In this document: in pieces, positions 46,831 to 57,200 of the stretch
Layout of the letters: each line of letters opens with the position of its first letter
How positions within the stretch are numbered: the stretch's first letter is position 1
From: Myxococcota bacterium
Lineage (GTDB): Bacteria > Myxococcota_A > UBA9160 > SZUA-336
Assembly (NCBI GenBank): GCA_965247115.1
Contig: CBDFGR010000003.1
Coordinates: forward strand, 1,664,001 to 1,728,000
DNA length: 64,000 nucleotides
Reading direction: 5' to 3'
Made by a program: the position numbers and the translations under genes
The notes under the pieces: model-generated
Told to the model about the DNA's origin: nothing
Seen by the model: the letters and a program-made list of their open reading frames with translations, nothing else
Databases searched by the model: none

Positions 46831-48347
46831 GCTCGGTCGAGCTCCCGGTAGCCGATGGCCTCGGCAAGCCGGGCCGCGCTGATCGAGTCCTCTCCGGCGA
46901 GGTCCGCGATGGTTCGGGCCACCCGCATCACCCTGACATAGGCCCGCATGGAGAGCCCGAGCTTCAGCACGGCTTGCTCGAGAAGGGTGAGTGCCCCGTC
47001 GCCGAGCCTGCAGTGGCGCTCGAGGTCGCGCGCAGGCAGGTCCGCGTTCAGCGCATAGGGCTCGCGCGCGTAGCGGTGCGATTGTCGGGTGCGAGCCTCG
47101 GCTACGCGCGCAGCCACGGTACGGCTCGGCTCACTGGAAGCGCCGTGACCTATCATGTGCCGCCAGGGCACGGGCGAGACGAGGACATGCAGGTCGATCC
47201 GATCGAGCAGGGGTCCCGAGAGCCGGACGCGGTAGCGCCTGAGCTGCGACTCGTCGCAGCTGCACTCTCGCTCCGGGTCTCCCCGAAAGCCACAAGGACA
47301 CGGATTCATGGCGGCGATGAGCTGGAAGCGCGCGGGCAGGCGCATGGCTCCCTGAGCGCGGACGAGGCGGACCTCGCCCTCTTCGAGGGGCTGGCGTAGC
47401 GCATCGAGCACTGGCCGCCGAAACTCCGCGAGCTCGTCCAGGAACAGCACGCCGCGATGCGCGAGCGAGATCTCTCCTGGACGCAGCGGGCGTCCGCCCC
47501 CGGCGAGCCCCGCGTCGGACGTGGAGTGGTGGGGCGCTCGGAAGGGTGGGCGCGAGATCAGACTGCCTTCGGGGAGCGTGCCGGCCACGCTGTGAACGCG
47601 AGTGGTCTCCAGGGCCTCCCCGAAGGTGAGGTCCGGTAGCAACCCGGGCAGGCGCCTGGCGAGCAGCGTCTTGCCGCTGCCGGGCGGTCCGATCATGAGC
47701 GCGTTGTGGCGGCCCGCGGCTGCGATCTCCAGGGCCCGCCGGGCGGTCTCCTGGCCATAGACGTCGGCCAGGTCGGGTCCCGCGAGTGGCCCTGGCTCGC
47801 ACGCCCTGGGGAGCTCGTCGCGGGTCATGAGCGGCCCCTCGCCCAGCAGGAACTCGATGACCGCTGTGAAGGTGGGGGCCCCCAGGGCCTCGAGATCCGG
47901 ACAGTGGGACGCCTCGCGCAGGTTCGTCGTGGGAACGACCGCCGCCGAGATCGGTGGTCGGCAGGCGACGCCGAGCATCTCGAGGACGCCGCGCACGGGG
48001 CGGACCGCCCCATCCAGACCGAGCTCGCCCAGGTAGAGCGTGCGCTCCAGCTGCTCGATCGTGCGTCCCTGATGAGCCAGCGCAATCCCGATCGCCAGGG
48101 GCAGATCGAGGGCGGCGCCCGCCTTCGGGAGGTCCGTCGGGGCGAGGTTCACAGTCACCCGACCTGCAGGAAAGTCCAGTCCGGACTGGCGGAAGGCCGA
48201 GCGGACGCGAGCCCGGCTCTCGTTCACGACCCGATCGGGCTGCCCCACAATATTGAACGCGGGCAGCCCGTCTCCGACGTCTACCTCGATGGCGACACGA
48301 ATGCCCTCGATGCCCAGCAAGCTTGCACCGTAGGTGCGGACCAACAT
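46809..48347 (-). CDS. comM: YifB/ComM Mg-chelatase-like AAA+ ATPase
   Basis: VNLAPTDLPK, GPPGSGKT, PFRAPHH, GEISLAHRGVLFLDE, AMNPCPCG, SGPLLDRID, VARTIADL. Confidence 0.92.
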   Translation of the reverse strand: MLVRTYGASLLGIEGIRVAIEVDVGDGLPAFNIVGQPDRVVNESRARVRSAFRQSGLDFPAGRVTVNLAPTDLPKAGAALDLPLAIGIALAHQGRTIEQLERTLYLGELGLDGAVRPVRGVLEMLGVACRPPISAAVVPTTNLREASHCPDLEALGAPTFTAVIEFLLGEGPLMTRDELPRACEPGPLAGPDLADVYGQETARRALEIAAAGRHNALMIGPPGSGKTLLARRLPGLLPDLTFGEALETTRVHSVAGTLPEGSLISRPPFRAPHHSTSDAGLAGGGRPLRPGEISLAHRGVLFLDELAEFRRPVLDALRQPLEEGEVRLVRAQGAMRLPARFQLIAAMNPCPCGFRGDPERECSCDESQLRRYRVRLSGPLLDRIDLHVLVSPVPWRHMIGHGASSEPSRTVAARVAEARTRQSHRYAREPYALNADLPARDLERHCRLGDGALTLLEQAVLKLGLSMRAYVRVMRVARTIADLAGEDSISAARLAEAIGYRELDRAHAPVGS

Positions 48348-48424
48348 GTTGCGTGCCCCTCCCGGTGGCCGATGCGGGCGGGCCGCGTACCCTCCCCTGC
48401 GGGGGTGACGTGGGGGGAACGAAC

Positions 48425-49381
48425 GTGACGGGCTGGGGCTTGATCGTGGCCCTGCTGCTCGCGCTTGGCTGCGGCACGGGAGATCCCGCCGCACAGGCGA
48501 GCAGCGGAGAGAGAGGCTTCGACGGCGAGCGGGCCTTTCGCGATCTCGTGGATCAGGTTCGGATCGGGTCGCGCCCGGCCGGTTCACCGGGCGCTGCGCG
48601 TACGCGCGAGCTGATCCGGGAGCGCCTGCGCCAGGCGGGCTGGCGAACTCGAGATCACGACTTTGTTGCGCAACCACCGACGGGAGAGGCGGTTGCAATG
48701 ACGAACGTGATTGCCGAGAGAGAGGGCGAGCGGGAAGAGCTGATCCTGCTGGGCACGCACTACGACACCAAGCGCATCCCCGGCATCCGCTTTCTCGGTG
48801 CGAACGACGGCGCATCGGGTACGGCGGTCCTGCTCGAGCTGGCGAGAGAGCTGGCCGCACGCCCGTTGCCGTTTGACGTGTGGCTTGTGTTCTTCGATGG
48901 GGAAGAGTCGTTTGGAGAGAACATCACTGCCGGAGACGGACTGTACGGAAGTCGCGCCCTCGCCGAGGCGATGCAGGCCGACGGGAGTTTCGAACGGATC
49001 GCCACGTTGATCCTCGTGGACATGGTGGCGGATGCCGACCTGAACCTCGCTGTGGACCTGAACTCGTCACCCGCCCTGCGTCGGATGCTGGGCGCTGCAA
49101 GTGAGGCGCTTGGCCTGGACTCGATCATCGATACGGGGGTGAACATCCGGCTGATAGACGACCACACTCCGTTTCAGCGCCGCGGCCTGGCAGCGACTCT
49201 AGCCGTCATCGACTTCCAATACGGAGGCGTCGGATCGCCTGGCGCGTACTGGCACACGGCGCTTGACGACCTGGACAAGGTCTCCGCAGAGAGCCTGAAT
49301 AGCGTGGGTCGTCTGCTGGTCGAAACACTGCAGCGAGTAGAGCGCGGTCTCATCGAGGCCGAGCGTGCGCGAGATGGCTAG
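48425..49381 (+). CDS. M28 family peptidase / glutaminyl cyclase-like lipoprotein
   Basis: LALGC lipobox; THYDT, GANDGASG, FDGEE, DMV, DDH, WHT. Confidence 0.85.
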   Translation: MTGWGLIVALLLALGCGTGDPAAQASSGERGFDGERAFRDLVDQVRIGSRPAGSPGAARTRELIRERLRQAGWRTRDHDFVAQPPTGEAVAMTNVIAEREGEREELILLGTHYDTKRIPGIRFLGANDGASGTAVLLELARELAARPLPFDVWLVFFDGEESFGENITAGDGLYGSRALAEAMQADGSFERIATLILVDMVADADLNLAVDLNSSPALRRMLGAASEALGLDSIIDTGVNIRLIDDHTPFQRRGLAATLAVIDFQYGGVGSPGAYWHTALDDLDKVSAESLNSVGRLLVETLQRVERGLIEAERARDG

Positions 49382-49423
49382 GACGCTATACATCTCCCGC
49401 CCCACACGGGCTGCGCGGAGGCC

Positions 49424-50089
49424 ATGAAGGGAGAGCTGATGCGAATTCGATCCGGGTTAGTTGCGTGCTTGTTGGGTTTTTCGCTCGTCGCATGTCAATC
49501 CCTCGACTCGAACAAGAAGAAGGGGGTCTTGCTGGGCACTCTCGCGGGTGCCGCGGCCGGCGCTGCGATAGGCGGTTCCGACCATCGGGCGGGGGGCGCG
49601 CTGATCGGCGCCGCGACGGGAGCGCTCGCGGGTGGCCTTATCGGAAATTACCTGGACAAGCAGGCTGCGGAGCTCGACGCCATTCCGGGTGCAGAGGTCG
49701 AGAAGCGTGACGACTCGATCCTCGTAAACTTCCAGAGCCAGCTGCTCTTCGACTCGGGCTCTTCGAGCCTGCACCCCGGCGCGTACGACCGACTGCGTTC
49801 ACTCGCGACAACGCTGAACAACTACCCGAAGAGTCACGTGATCATTAAGGGTCACACGGACGGCGAGGGGAGCGAGGGCTTCAACCAGCAGCTGTCCGAG
49901 CAACGCGCCGACCGTGTGAGGAACTTCCTCATCTCGGAAGGAGTCGCACCCTCGCGAATCACCTCGCTCGGGTTCGGCGAGTCCCTACCCGTCGCCACGA
50001 ATGCAACCCGGGAGGGCCGGGCTCAGAATCGTCGTGTTGAGCTCGAGATTCGTCCGGACGACGAGGTCATGCGCGGCAACGCCGGGTAG
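49424..50089 (+). CDS. OmpA-family lipoprotein with glycine zipper (YiaD-like)
   Basis: LVAC lipobox; GAAAGAAIGG...GALIGAATG; LFDSGSS, GHTD, NQQLSEQRA, QNRRVE. Confidence 0.9.
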   Translation: MKGELMRIRSGLVACLLGFSLVACQSLDSNKKKGVLLGTLAGAAAGAAIGGSDHRAGGALIGAATGALAGGLIGNYLDKQAAELDAIPGAEVEKRDDSILVNFQSQLLFDSGSSSLHPGAYDRLRSLATTLNNYPKSHVIIKGHTDGEGSEGFNQQLSEQRADRVRNFLISEGVAPSRITSLGFGESLPVATNATREGRAQNRRVELEIRPDDEVMRGNAG

Positions 50090-50115
50090 CAGCTCGTAGG
50101 CTCGGCCCACCCTTT

Positions 50116-51414
50116 ATGCGCCCAGATCCGCGCACGTGGCGGGCGACACCTCGGGCGGCGGTCCTCGCCCTGCTGCTGGGGTGTGCTGCGCCGGCGGCCG
50201 GGTTCGCTGCCGAGGAGGATGGGGTTCGCATCGTGATGGACTCCCCCGCCCCGGACGAGGTCGTTCGGGGCCGGACGGATCTGGCGCCCTTGGCGGGAGT
50301 GGCCACCGCCGGCAATCGTCCGACTCACTTCGACCTCATGCTCGTCATCGATGTCTCCGGCTCCACGCGTTACCCGAGCGGCATCGACGTGGACGGGGAC
50401 GGCTCCCTGGGTCAGCAGAAGGCAGCCTTGGTCTCGATCCTGGACACGGTGAATACCGACCCCGAGGACTCCATCCTCGCTGCGGAGATCGCGGGCGCGC
50501 GGAAGCTCCTGGAGCAGCTGGATCCGGAGCGGGTTCGGGTCGGAGTGATCTCCTTTTCCGGGGAGATCGACCCGGGGAGCGGTCGCCGCCACTCCGTCGA
50601 CCAGGTCGACTCTCTGCTCGAGCACCCCCTCTCTTCGGACTACGAGCGCGTGGCGATTGCCCTCGACGCCGTACAGCTGCGGGGCCCTCACGGCGGGACG
50701 AACATGGAGGCCGGTGTGAAGCGCGCCCTGCGCGAGCTCACGGGGATCGGGGGTGGGGTCTCTGTGCCCCAACCGCACTCCAAGAAGGTGATCCTGCTGA
50801 TGACGGACGGAAAGCCCTCTCTTCCGTTCGGGCGAGCGGATGTGGAGGATCCTGCAGACGTGGAGGCGGTCGTGGCCGCGGCACAGCTGGCCGGCTCAGC
50901 CGGGATCACCATCAACGTCTACGGGCTCGGTCCTGGCGCGATCGACTATCCCCACGCCGCCACTGAGGTGGCGCGCGCGACGGCGGGGTTGTACACACCC
51001 GTCCGTCGCCCTGGCGACATCGTGTCGTTACTCTCTGGCGTCTCGTTCGCGAACGTCGAGGACGTCGTAGCCGTGAACCTCACGCTGAGCGAGTGGACGG
51101 GTCAAGACGATATTCTGCTCCGTCCCGATGGCTCGTTTCGCGGCTTTGTTCCCGTGCGGCCCGGCCTGAATCGGATCCGGGTGTCCGCGCTGGCCTCCGA
51201 TGGCAGGCGCGGATCGACAGAGCTTGACATCATGTTTACACACCAGGACCTCAGTGACGGGGAGCTCGAGGTGGAGCTCGAGCGAATCCGCAGCCGTAGC
51301 CGCGAGCTCCAGCTGCTGATGGAGCGCGACCGCCAGGAGGCCTTCCGCAAGCGCGAGCGGGAACGAACGCTCGACATCGAGGTCGACGGAGGAGAGGGGG
51401 AGAGCCAGCCTTGA
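50116..51414 (+). CDS. Secreted VWA-domain protein with intact MIDAS
   Basis: Signal peptide; IDVSGS, GGTN, LMTDG; DVDGDG insert; C-terminal beta domain and coiled coil. Confidence 0.85.
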   Translation: MRPDPRTWRATPRAAVLALLLGCAAPAAGFAAEEDGVRIVMDSPAPDEVVRGRTDLAPLAGVATAGNRPTHFDLMLVIDVSGSTRYPSGIDVDGDGSLGQQKAALVSILDTVNTDPEDSILAAEIAGARKLLEQLDPERVRVGVISFSGEIDPGSGRRHSVDQVDSLLEHPLSSDYERVAIALDAVQLRGPHGGTNMEAGVKRALRELTGIGGGVSVPQPHSKKVILLMTDGKPSLPFGRADVEDPADVEAVVAAAQLAGSAGITINVYGLGPGAIDYPHAATEVARATAGLYTPVRRPGDIVSLLSGVSFANVEDVVAVNLTLSEWTGQDDILLRPDGSFRGFVPVRPGLNRIRVSALASDGRRGSTELDIMFTHQDLSDGELEVELERIRSRSRELQLLMERDRQEAFRKRERERTLDIEVDGGEGESQP

Positions 51415-52205
51415 ACAAGCTGCTAGTTGGATTGCTCAGCATCGCGATAGGCCTCGCCGTGGGGCTTGGTGCAAGTCGCGCCGCAGCACAGGCGGAGACG
51501 CCGCCAAGCGCCGAAGCCGCGACCGACGCGGATGCCGAGGAAGCTGAGGCGGAGGAGGGCGGCCGAACGCTGCGTGACTGGTACGAGCTCGGTGGCTGGA
51601 TCATGCACGTTCTCGTCGCGACCTCGATGCTGGTCTTCTATCTGGTGTTGGAGCGTACGTGGGCGCTTCGGTCGACGGCGGTCATGCCGCGCAAGTTTCT
51701 TGGCCAGATCAACGACCACTCGCGTCAGAGCGAGCTCGGCAAGGTGCTCGAGATCTGCTCGGAGACGGACAACGCGATCGCTCGCGTACTGCGCGCGGGC
51801 CTGATCCACTTCGACCAGGGCCTGGCTCCCATGGAGGATGCGGTCGAGACCGCCGGCACGCACGAGGCGACGGTCCTGCGCCGCAACCTGCCGCTCCTGG
51901 CCGCCATCGGAAACATGGCCACCATGATGGGACTGCTGGGAACGGTCCTCGGCATGATCAACTCCTTCGACCTGATTGCCACGACAGGCACCGGCGACGC
52001 TCGCGTGGTCGCGGGCGGTATCTTCCAGGCGCTCGTAACCACGGCCGCCGGACTCATGGTCGGCCTGATCGCGATCGGCTTCCACTCGTTCCTGCGACGC
52101 CGAGTCGAGGTGATGGAGATCGATCTCGAAGAGAAGTCTTTCCGGCTGCTGGAGGACCTGTGGGTCGGGCGTCAGGCTGGCCCCGAGCCGGTGACGGATG
52201 GCTAG
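51411..52205 (+). CDS. MotA/TolQ/ExbB proton-channel protein
   Basis: GGWIM, ATMMGLLGTVLGMINSF, VAGGIFQALVTTAAGLMV. Confidence 0.92.
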   Translation: MNKLLVGLLSIAIGLAVGLGASRAAAQAETPPSAEAATDADAEEAEAEEGGRTLRDWYELGGWIMHVLVATSMLVFYLVLERTWALRSTAVMPRKFLGQINDHSRQSELGKVLEICSETDNAIARVLRAGLIHFDQGLAPMEDAVETAGTHEATVLRRNLPLLAAIGNMATMMGLLGTVLGMINSFDLIATTGTGDARVVAGGIFQALVTTAAGLMVGLIAIGFHSFLRRRVEVMEIDLEEKSFRLLEDLWVGRQAGPEPVTDG

Positions 52206-52208
52206 TCG

Positions 52209-52610
52209 GTGGCGCGCGCGCCGAAAGACGAAGAAGTAACTCTCAGCATGACGCCGCTCATCGACGTCGTGCTACTCCTGCTGATCTTCTACGTGGTGAC
52301 CACCGCCTTCGTCGATCGGGAGATCCAGCTCGAGCTCCCTGAATCGGATGCCTCGGCCATTCCGGAGGACAAGAAGAAGTTCACGGTCGAGATCGGTCAG
52401 AATGGCTCGATTGCCCTGAACGGCAAGTCCATGACGATCGAGCTGCTCGATCGCACCATCGAGGTTGCGGCGGCAGCCGATGACATCCAGTCCGTCGAAA
52501 TCCGCGCCGACCGCAACGTAATCCACGGCCGCGTAGTCCAGGTCCTCGGCGTCGTAAAGAAACACGGCGTGGAGAGCATCGGCATCGCGGTAAAACAAGC
52601 CCAATCGTGA
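52209..52610 (+). CDS. ExbD/TolR biopolymer transport protein
   Basis: SMTPLIDVVLLLLIFYVVT, LELP, IRADRNV.HGRVVQVL. Confidence 0.92.
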   Translation: MARAPKDEEVTLSMTPLIDVVLLLLIFYVVTTAFVDREIQLELPESDASAIPEDKKKFTVEIGQNGSIALNGKSMTIELLDRTIEVAAAADDIQSVEIRADRNVIHGRVVQVLGVVKKHGVESIGIAVKQAQS

Positions 52611-52657
52611 GCTAGAGCGGTCGACGCGCGGCAAATCCCCGCCTCGCACGCCGGAGA

Positions 52658-52759
52658 AGGTCGGGAACGTCCCCCGGAGGACTCCGCTCCTTGCGTGCAC
52701 AGGAGCCGTGCTCACCTCGGGCACCACTACCACAGTCCTCCGGGGGACGTTCCCGACCT
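52658..52759. repeat. Perfect 26-bp inverted repeat with 50-nt spacer (GGGGACGTTCCC family)
   Basis: aggtcgggaacgtcccccggaggact (52658-52683) and agtcctccgggggacgttcccgacct (52734-52759). Confidence 0.9.
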
Positions 52760-52782
52760 CCTCCTCCTCGCCGAATGGGCAA

Positions 52783-52877
52783 CCCTGCAAAGCGCCGCGA
52801 ATGCGGCGCGCGCAGCGAAGGCCCCGGGCCTGAGCGGAGGTGGGTGGCGCGCGACCGCTCGCGCGCCGGGTCCCACA
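52783..52877 (-). repeat. Long REP-like element, inverted near-copy of 61829-61925
   Basis: Reverse complement tgtgggacccggcgcgcgagcggtcgcgcgccacccacctccgctcaggcccggggccttcgctgcgcgcgccgc. Confidence 0.85.
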
Positions 52878-52883
52878 AGGCTC

Positions 52884-54236
52884 TTAGAAGCCGGCGGCTA
52901 CCGGGTTTAGGATCTGCTTGCGGACTAGCTTGCCGTCGCTGTAGTGCGAGGTGACGTCCACGTCGCCGTCCGCGTTGAGGTCCTCTTCTTTCCGTACGAG
53001 GAGGACGTGCGCCGGGTCGGAGCCTTCGTAGAACTCCCAGACGTCCGTCTGGCCGTCCTCGTTGGTATCGAGCTCGGCGCGGATCGGGATCTCACGCTCG
53101 TCGTAGAAGGTCTTGAAGTCCATGCCTCCGTTGAAGTCGCGGTCCTCGAGCTCGAGCGCTCGGCGGCGCGCTGCGTACTCGACCCGGCGATCGATCACGC
53201 CGTCGTTGTTCGTGTCGTGCTCCTCGTAAGCGAGCGTCCCGTTCTCGTAGATGTAGAAGCCGTCCCGGACCCCATCGAAGTCTCGATCCACCTCGACTCG
53301 GCCCCCGACCTCCTGGCCGTATTCCGTCCAGCGATCAGCCACGCCGTCGTGGTTCGTGTCTTCCTCGAGGCCCGCGATCTCCCCGGTCTCGTCGTAGACC
53401 GTCGTGGAGTCGAGGGCTCCGTCGTAGTTCGTGTCTTCGGAACGGGTCAGGAGCTGTCCGGTCTGTCCGTCCATGGCGATCACGATCTCGGGCCGACCAT
53501 CCCGATCTGCGTCCAGAGTCTTGGCGATGCGCGACCCATTGCCCTCGCCGCGCACCTCGGTGTCGAAGATGCTGTCCGGGATCTTCCGCGCCGCAGCCGC
53601 CTGGGGAGCGCTCAACGGATCCGAGTCCCGCTCGGAGGCGGCCAGCGCCTCCTCTTCATCGCGCAGGACCTCGTTGAGCTCCTCCTGGCGGGAGATGGAT
53701 TCGAGGAGCTCCTCCTGACGCCGCAGCTCCTCCTCGATCTCCGACTCGAGCGCGCGCTGGCGTTCGAGCTCATCCTCGACCTCGGCCTCGAGCGCATCGT
53801 CCACGCCGCCTCCACGGCGTCCGCGCGGTCCGTTGCCCCGGCCACTCTCGAACGGCACCTCCCCCGTGACGAGTCCGTACAGGCCGAACACGGCTGCGCC
53901 GACCGCGGCGCCGGTGGCTCCTCCGAGCTGGCCGCCGATGACGGTGCCGACGATCATCCCCTCGACGCCGCTCTCCGCGTGCTTCTGGACCTTGGACGGT
54001 CCACGCTGCGCCTGCTTCGTGCTGGGGTCTTGGGGAATGTCCGCTCCAGGAGCGCCCGTTCCGGGAGCGCCCGCTCCGACGTCACCAGCGACCTCGCCAG
54101 CGTCACCAGCGATGTCCCCAGCAGGGTCTTGAGCACCAGGATCTGCGGGGTTGGGTCCGGAGGTTGCGCAGGCGAGGCCAAGCGCCAGCAGGGCGATGAG
54201 AGGTAGCCTGACGCTCTTTCGGATGGCGGTTCTCAT
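52884..54236 (-). CDS. Lipoprotein with glycine zipper, coiled coil and 8 Dx[DN]xDG repeats
   Basis: GLAC lipobox; GTVIGGQLGGATGAAVGAA; acidic coiled coil; DADRDG, DTNYDG, DTNHDG, DRDFDG, DTNNDG, DRDFNG, DTNEDG, DLNADG. Confidence 0.8.
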   Translation of the reverse strand: MRTAIRKSVRLPLIALLALGLACATSGPNPADPGAQDPAGDIAGDAGEVAGDVGAGAPGTGAPGADIPQDPSTKQAQRGPSKVQKHAESGVEGMIVGTVIGGQLGGATGAAVGAAVFGLYGLVTGEVPFESGRGNGPRGRRGGGVDDALEAEVEDELERQRALESEIEEELRRQEELLESISRQEELNEVLRDEEEALAASERDSDPLSAPQAAAARKIPDSIFDTEVRGEGNGSRIAKTLDADRDGRPEIVIAMDGQTGQLLTRSEDTNYDGALDSTTVYDETGEIAGLEEDTNHDGVADRWTEYGQEVGGRVEVDRDFDGVRDGFYIYENGTLAYEEHDTNNDGVIDRRVEYAARRRALELEDRDFNGGMDFKTFYDEREIPIRAELDTNEDGQTDVWEFYEGSDPAHVLLVRKEEDLNADGDVDVTSHYSDGKLVRKQILNPVAAGF

Positions 54237-54259
54237 GCTCGCTCTCTCGTCATCCCTGC

Positions 54260-57200
54260 CTAGTCCACTAGGGTACCATGCGAGGCAAGCCGCGCCCGCC
54301 TGGCGCCGGTCCAGAACTCGCTGAAATCGCTGCAGAGGATCCGGTCGAAGGCATCCAGCACCGGAAGCGCAGCCGTACCATTCAGGGGCACGACCTCCTC
54401 CGTGGCCAGATCGAAGCGGACGTCGATCTGGCCGTCGAAATCGCTGTCCTCATCCTGTGTCTCTGGCGCCCCGTTCGCGTAGTTCACCCAGACGTCCGGG
54501 ACGCGGTCCGCATTCGTGTCCGCATCGAAGCGGGTCTGGATGCCCTCATCGAACACCTGGCGCTGGTCGCCGTAGCCGTCGCTTGTCGTGTCTTCGACGC
54601 TCGTGACCACCAGACCGGATTCGTAGCGAACAGCGGTGCGCTGAGTGCAGCTGAACTCCGGGATCCCGCCTTGCGCGAAGCGCGTTAGGCGATCCGGGCG
54701 CCCGTTGCAGTTCCGGTCTTCCTCCTGCACCGTGATGCGCTCCCCATCCTCCGCAAAGTGGAACACGATGTTCGGCTTGGCGCAGCGCCCGCGGGCCTCG
54801 GCCTGTAGAGTCCTGCTTCCGTCGCCGTCGTAGTACTCCCAGACGTCGACGATCTCGTTTTTGTTGGTGTCGACTTCCAGACGTGTCAGCTGGCCACCCT
54901 GGAAGAAGCTCCACGTGTCGAACTTGCAGTTTCCATCGGTGTCGCGAATATCCTCCTTGAGTCCGCCACTTGGGTCGAACAGCTGCCGCTGGTCCCGACA
55001 GCCGTCCGCGTTCGTGTCCTCCTCCAGCTCGCTGATGACTCCAGCGCTGAAGCGCGTTACTCGGCTCGGCTCCCCGTCCGCCTCCGGATCTTCGGTCTGC
55101 AGAGCTGGGCGACCTTCCTCGTCGTAGCGCACGACGAGGTCCGGGTAGCCGTCGCTGCTGGTGTCCTCCCGCTTGCGGCTCACGGCCCCACTGCTTGTCA
55201 GGTCCAACCACTGGTCGACCTCGCCGTTTCCGTCGGTGTCGAGCTCCTGGGAGACCTCGATGCCGTTCTGGAGGAAGACCGTGGCATCCAGGTTGCCGTC
55301 CAGGTCGGTGTCCTGCTCGATGCGGAAGGGATCCGTCTGGTCCTTTGCGAAGTAGGCGATCCGGTCGATGTGCGCGTTCGCGTCCGTGTCGCTCTCGATG
55401 CGCACGAGTGAGCCCTTCTCGTAGAACGACGTGGTCTCGAAGCTGTCGTTGCCGTCCAGATCCGACTGCTGCCGGACGAGCACTCCGTCGTCGAAGACGG
55501 AGACCGTGTCCACGCGGCCGTCGCGGTCGGTGTCCTCTCGCTGCGTGTCTCGGACACCCGCTGCAAGCTCCACCTCGGTGTCGAGCTTGCCGTCGAAATC
55601 GGTATCGGACTCCGTGCGGGCGACCTCGCCCTCCTCGTAGCGCGCGAAGTGGTCGTGAGTGCCGTCGAAGTTGCGGTCTTCGCGCTGCTCCGTCTGTACG
55701 CCCGCGGCGTACAGCTTGACCACGTCTGCCACGCTGTCGCCGTTGGTGTCGACTTCCTCCGAGGTCACCTCTCCACCCTCGCCGAAGACGAGCCACTGGT
55801 CCACGCGCCCGTCGCGGTCCACATCCTGCTCCTGGCGCGCGCTCACGCCGCCTTCGAAGAAGGTCACGACCTCGGCACGTCCGTCGGCGTCCTCGTCGCG
55901 CTCCTCCCGGACGCGTTGCTCGCCGGAGGCGTCGTAGAACACCTTCCCCTCAGCATGCCCGTCGCCGTCTGAGTCGAGCTCGACCACCTGCCGCTTTCCG
56001 TCCAGGTACGCGACGGACGCTTCGAAGACGCCGTCGAAATCCTCGTCTGTCCAGTCTCGGACGATCTGCCCCGCGTCGTCGTACTCTGCGCGGAAGTCGA
56101 TCTCCCCGTCGTGGTTGCGGTCCTCGGTAAGACCGACGATCTGGCTGCCGCTGAGCTTCGCAAAGCTGTCGGGCTGACCGTCCCCGTCCGAATCCGTCTC
56201 CTGGGCAACGCGCACTCCGTCTTCGAAGGTGGACCAGGAGTCGACACGGCCATCGCCGTCCAGATCCTCGAGCACGCGCTCGGGCTCACCGGTTTCCGGG
56301 TCGAGGGTGAGCCAGCGATCAGCACTACCGCTCCCCGAGGTATCGAGCTCCTGCTTCTCCAGCACGCCCGCGACGTAGAAGTTCCACAGGTCGACCCTGC
56401 CGTCGAAGTCATCGTCGATCTCCTGGCGGGCCAGCACGCCGTCCTCGAGAGACTCGAAGAAGTCGGGCGTACCGTCTGCGTTGCGATCGTCCTCCCGCCG
56501 CTCCGGTTTCCCCATGAAGAAGCGAATCCTCAGGTTGAGCTGACCGTCTCCGTTCGTGTCCTCGCGCTGCGCCAGCGTCAGCTCTTCGTCGAAGTCGTAC
56601 TCGACGTCGATCCGCCCGTCGAAATCCCGATCCTCTCGCTGCTGGGTCCGGAGGCCGTCCGTGAAGCTCACCCAGGTGTCGAAGTTCCCGTCCTCGTTCG
56701 TGTCGATCTGCCGGCTCGCGATCCCCCCGTCAACGAACTCCTCCACGGCTTCGGCTCGGCCGTCCTCGTCCATATCCACCGAGCGCTTCGCGATGACGTC
56801 GTTCTCGTAGAAGCGCAGCGTGTCGAAGCGGCCGTCGGCATCGGCGTCGACCTCTTCGCGAGCGCGCACCTCGTCGGGGCCGTAGTGCACGACGATCTCG
56901 ATCATCCCGTCACTGTCCGCGTCTCGTTGCTGGCGTGTGCGCTTGCCGGCCTCGAAGAACACCTGTGTCTCACGGGAGCCGTCGAGGTCGACGTCGATCT
57001 CCTCGCGCACGATGGCGTCTCCCTCGTAGTGGGCGATGCGCTCGTAGCTGCCATCGCCATCGCTGTCAGTCTCGGTCCGGACACGGACGCCACGCTCGTA
57101 GACGATCCGCAGGTCAAAGCGCCCATCCCCGGCCGTGTCCTGCTCTTCGAGCTGCTTCGAGCCGTCGGGCCCAAAGGAGGCGCGGCTCTCGGGGCGCCCG

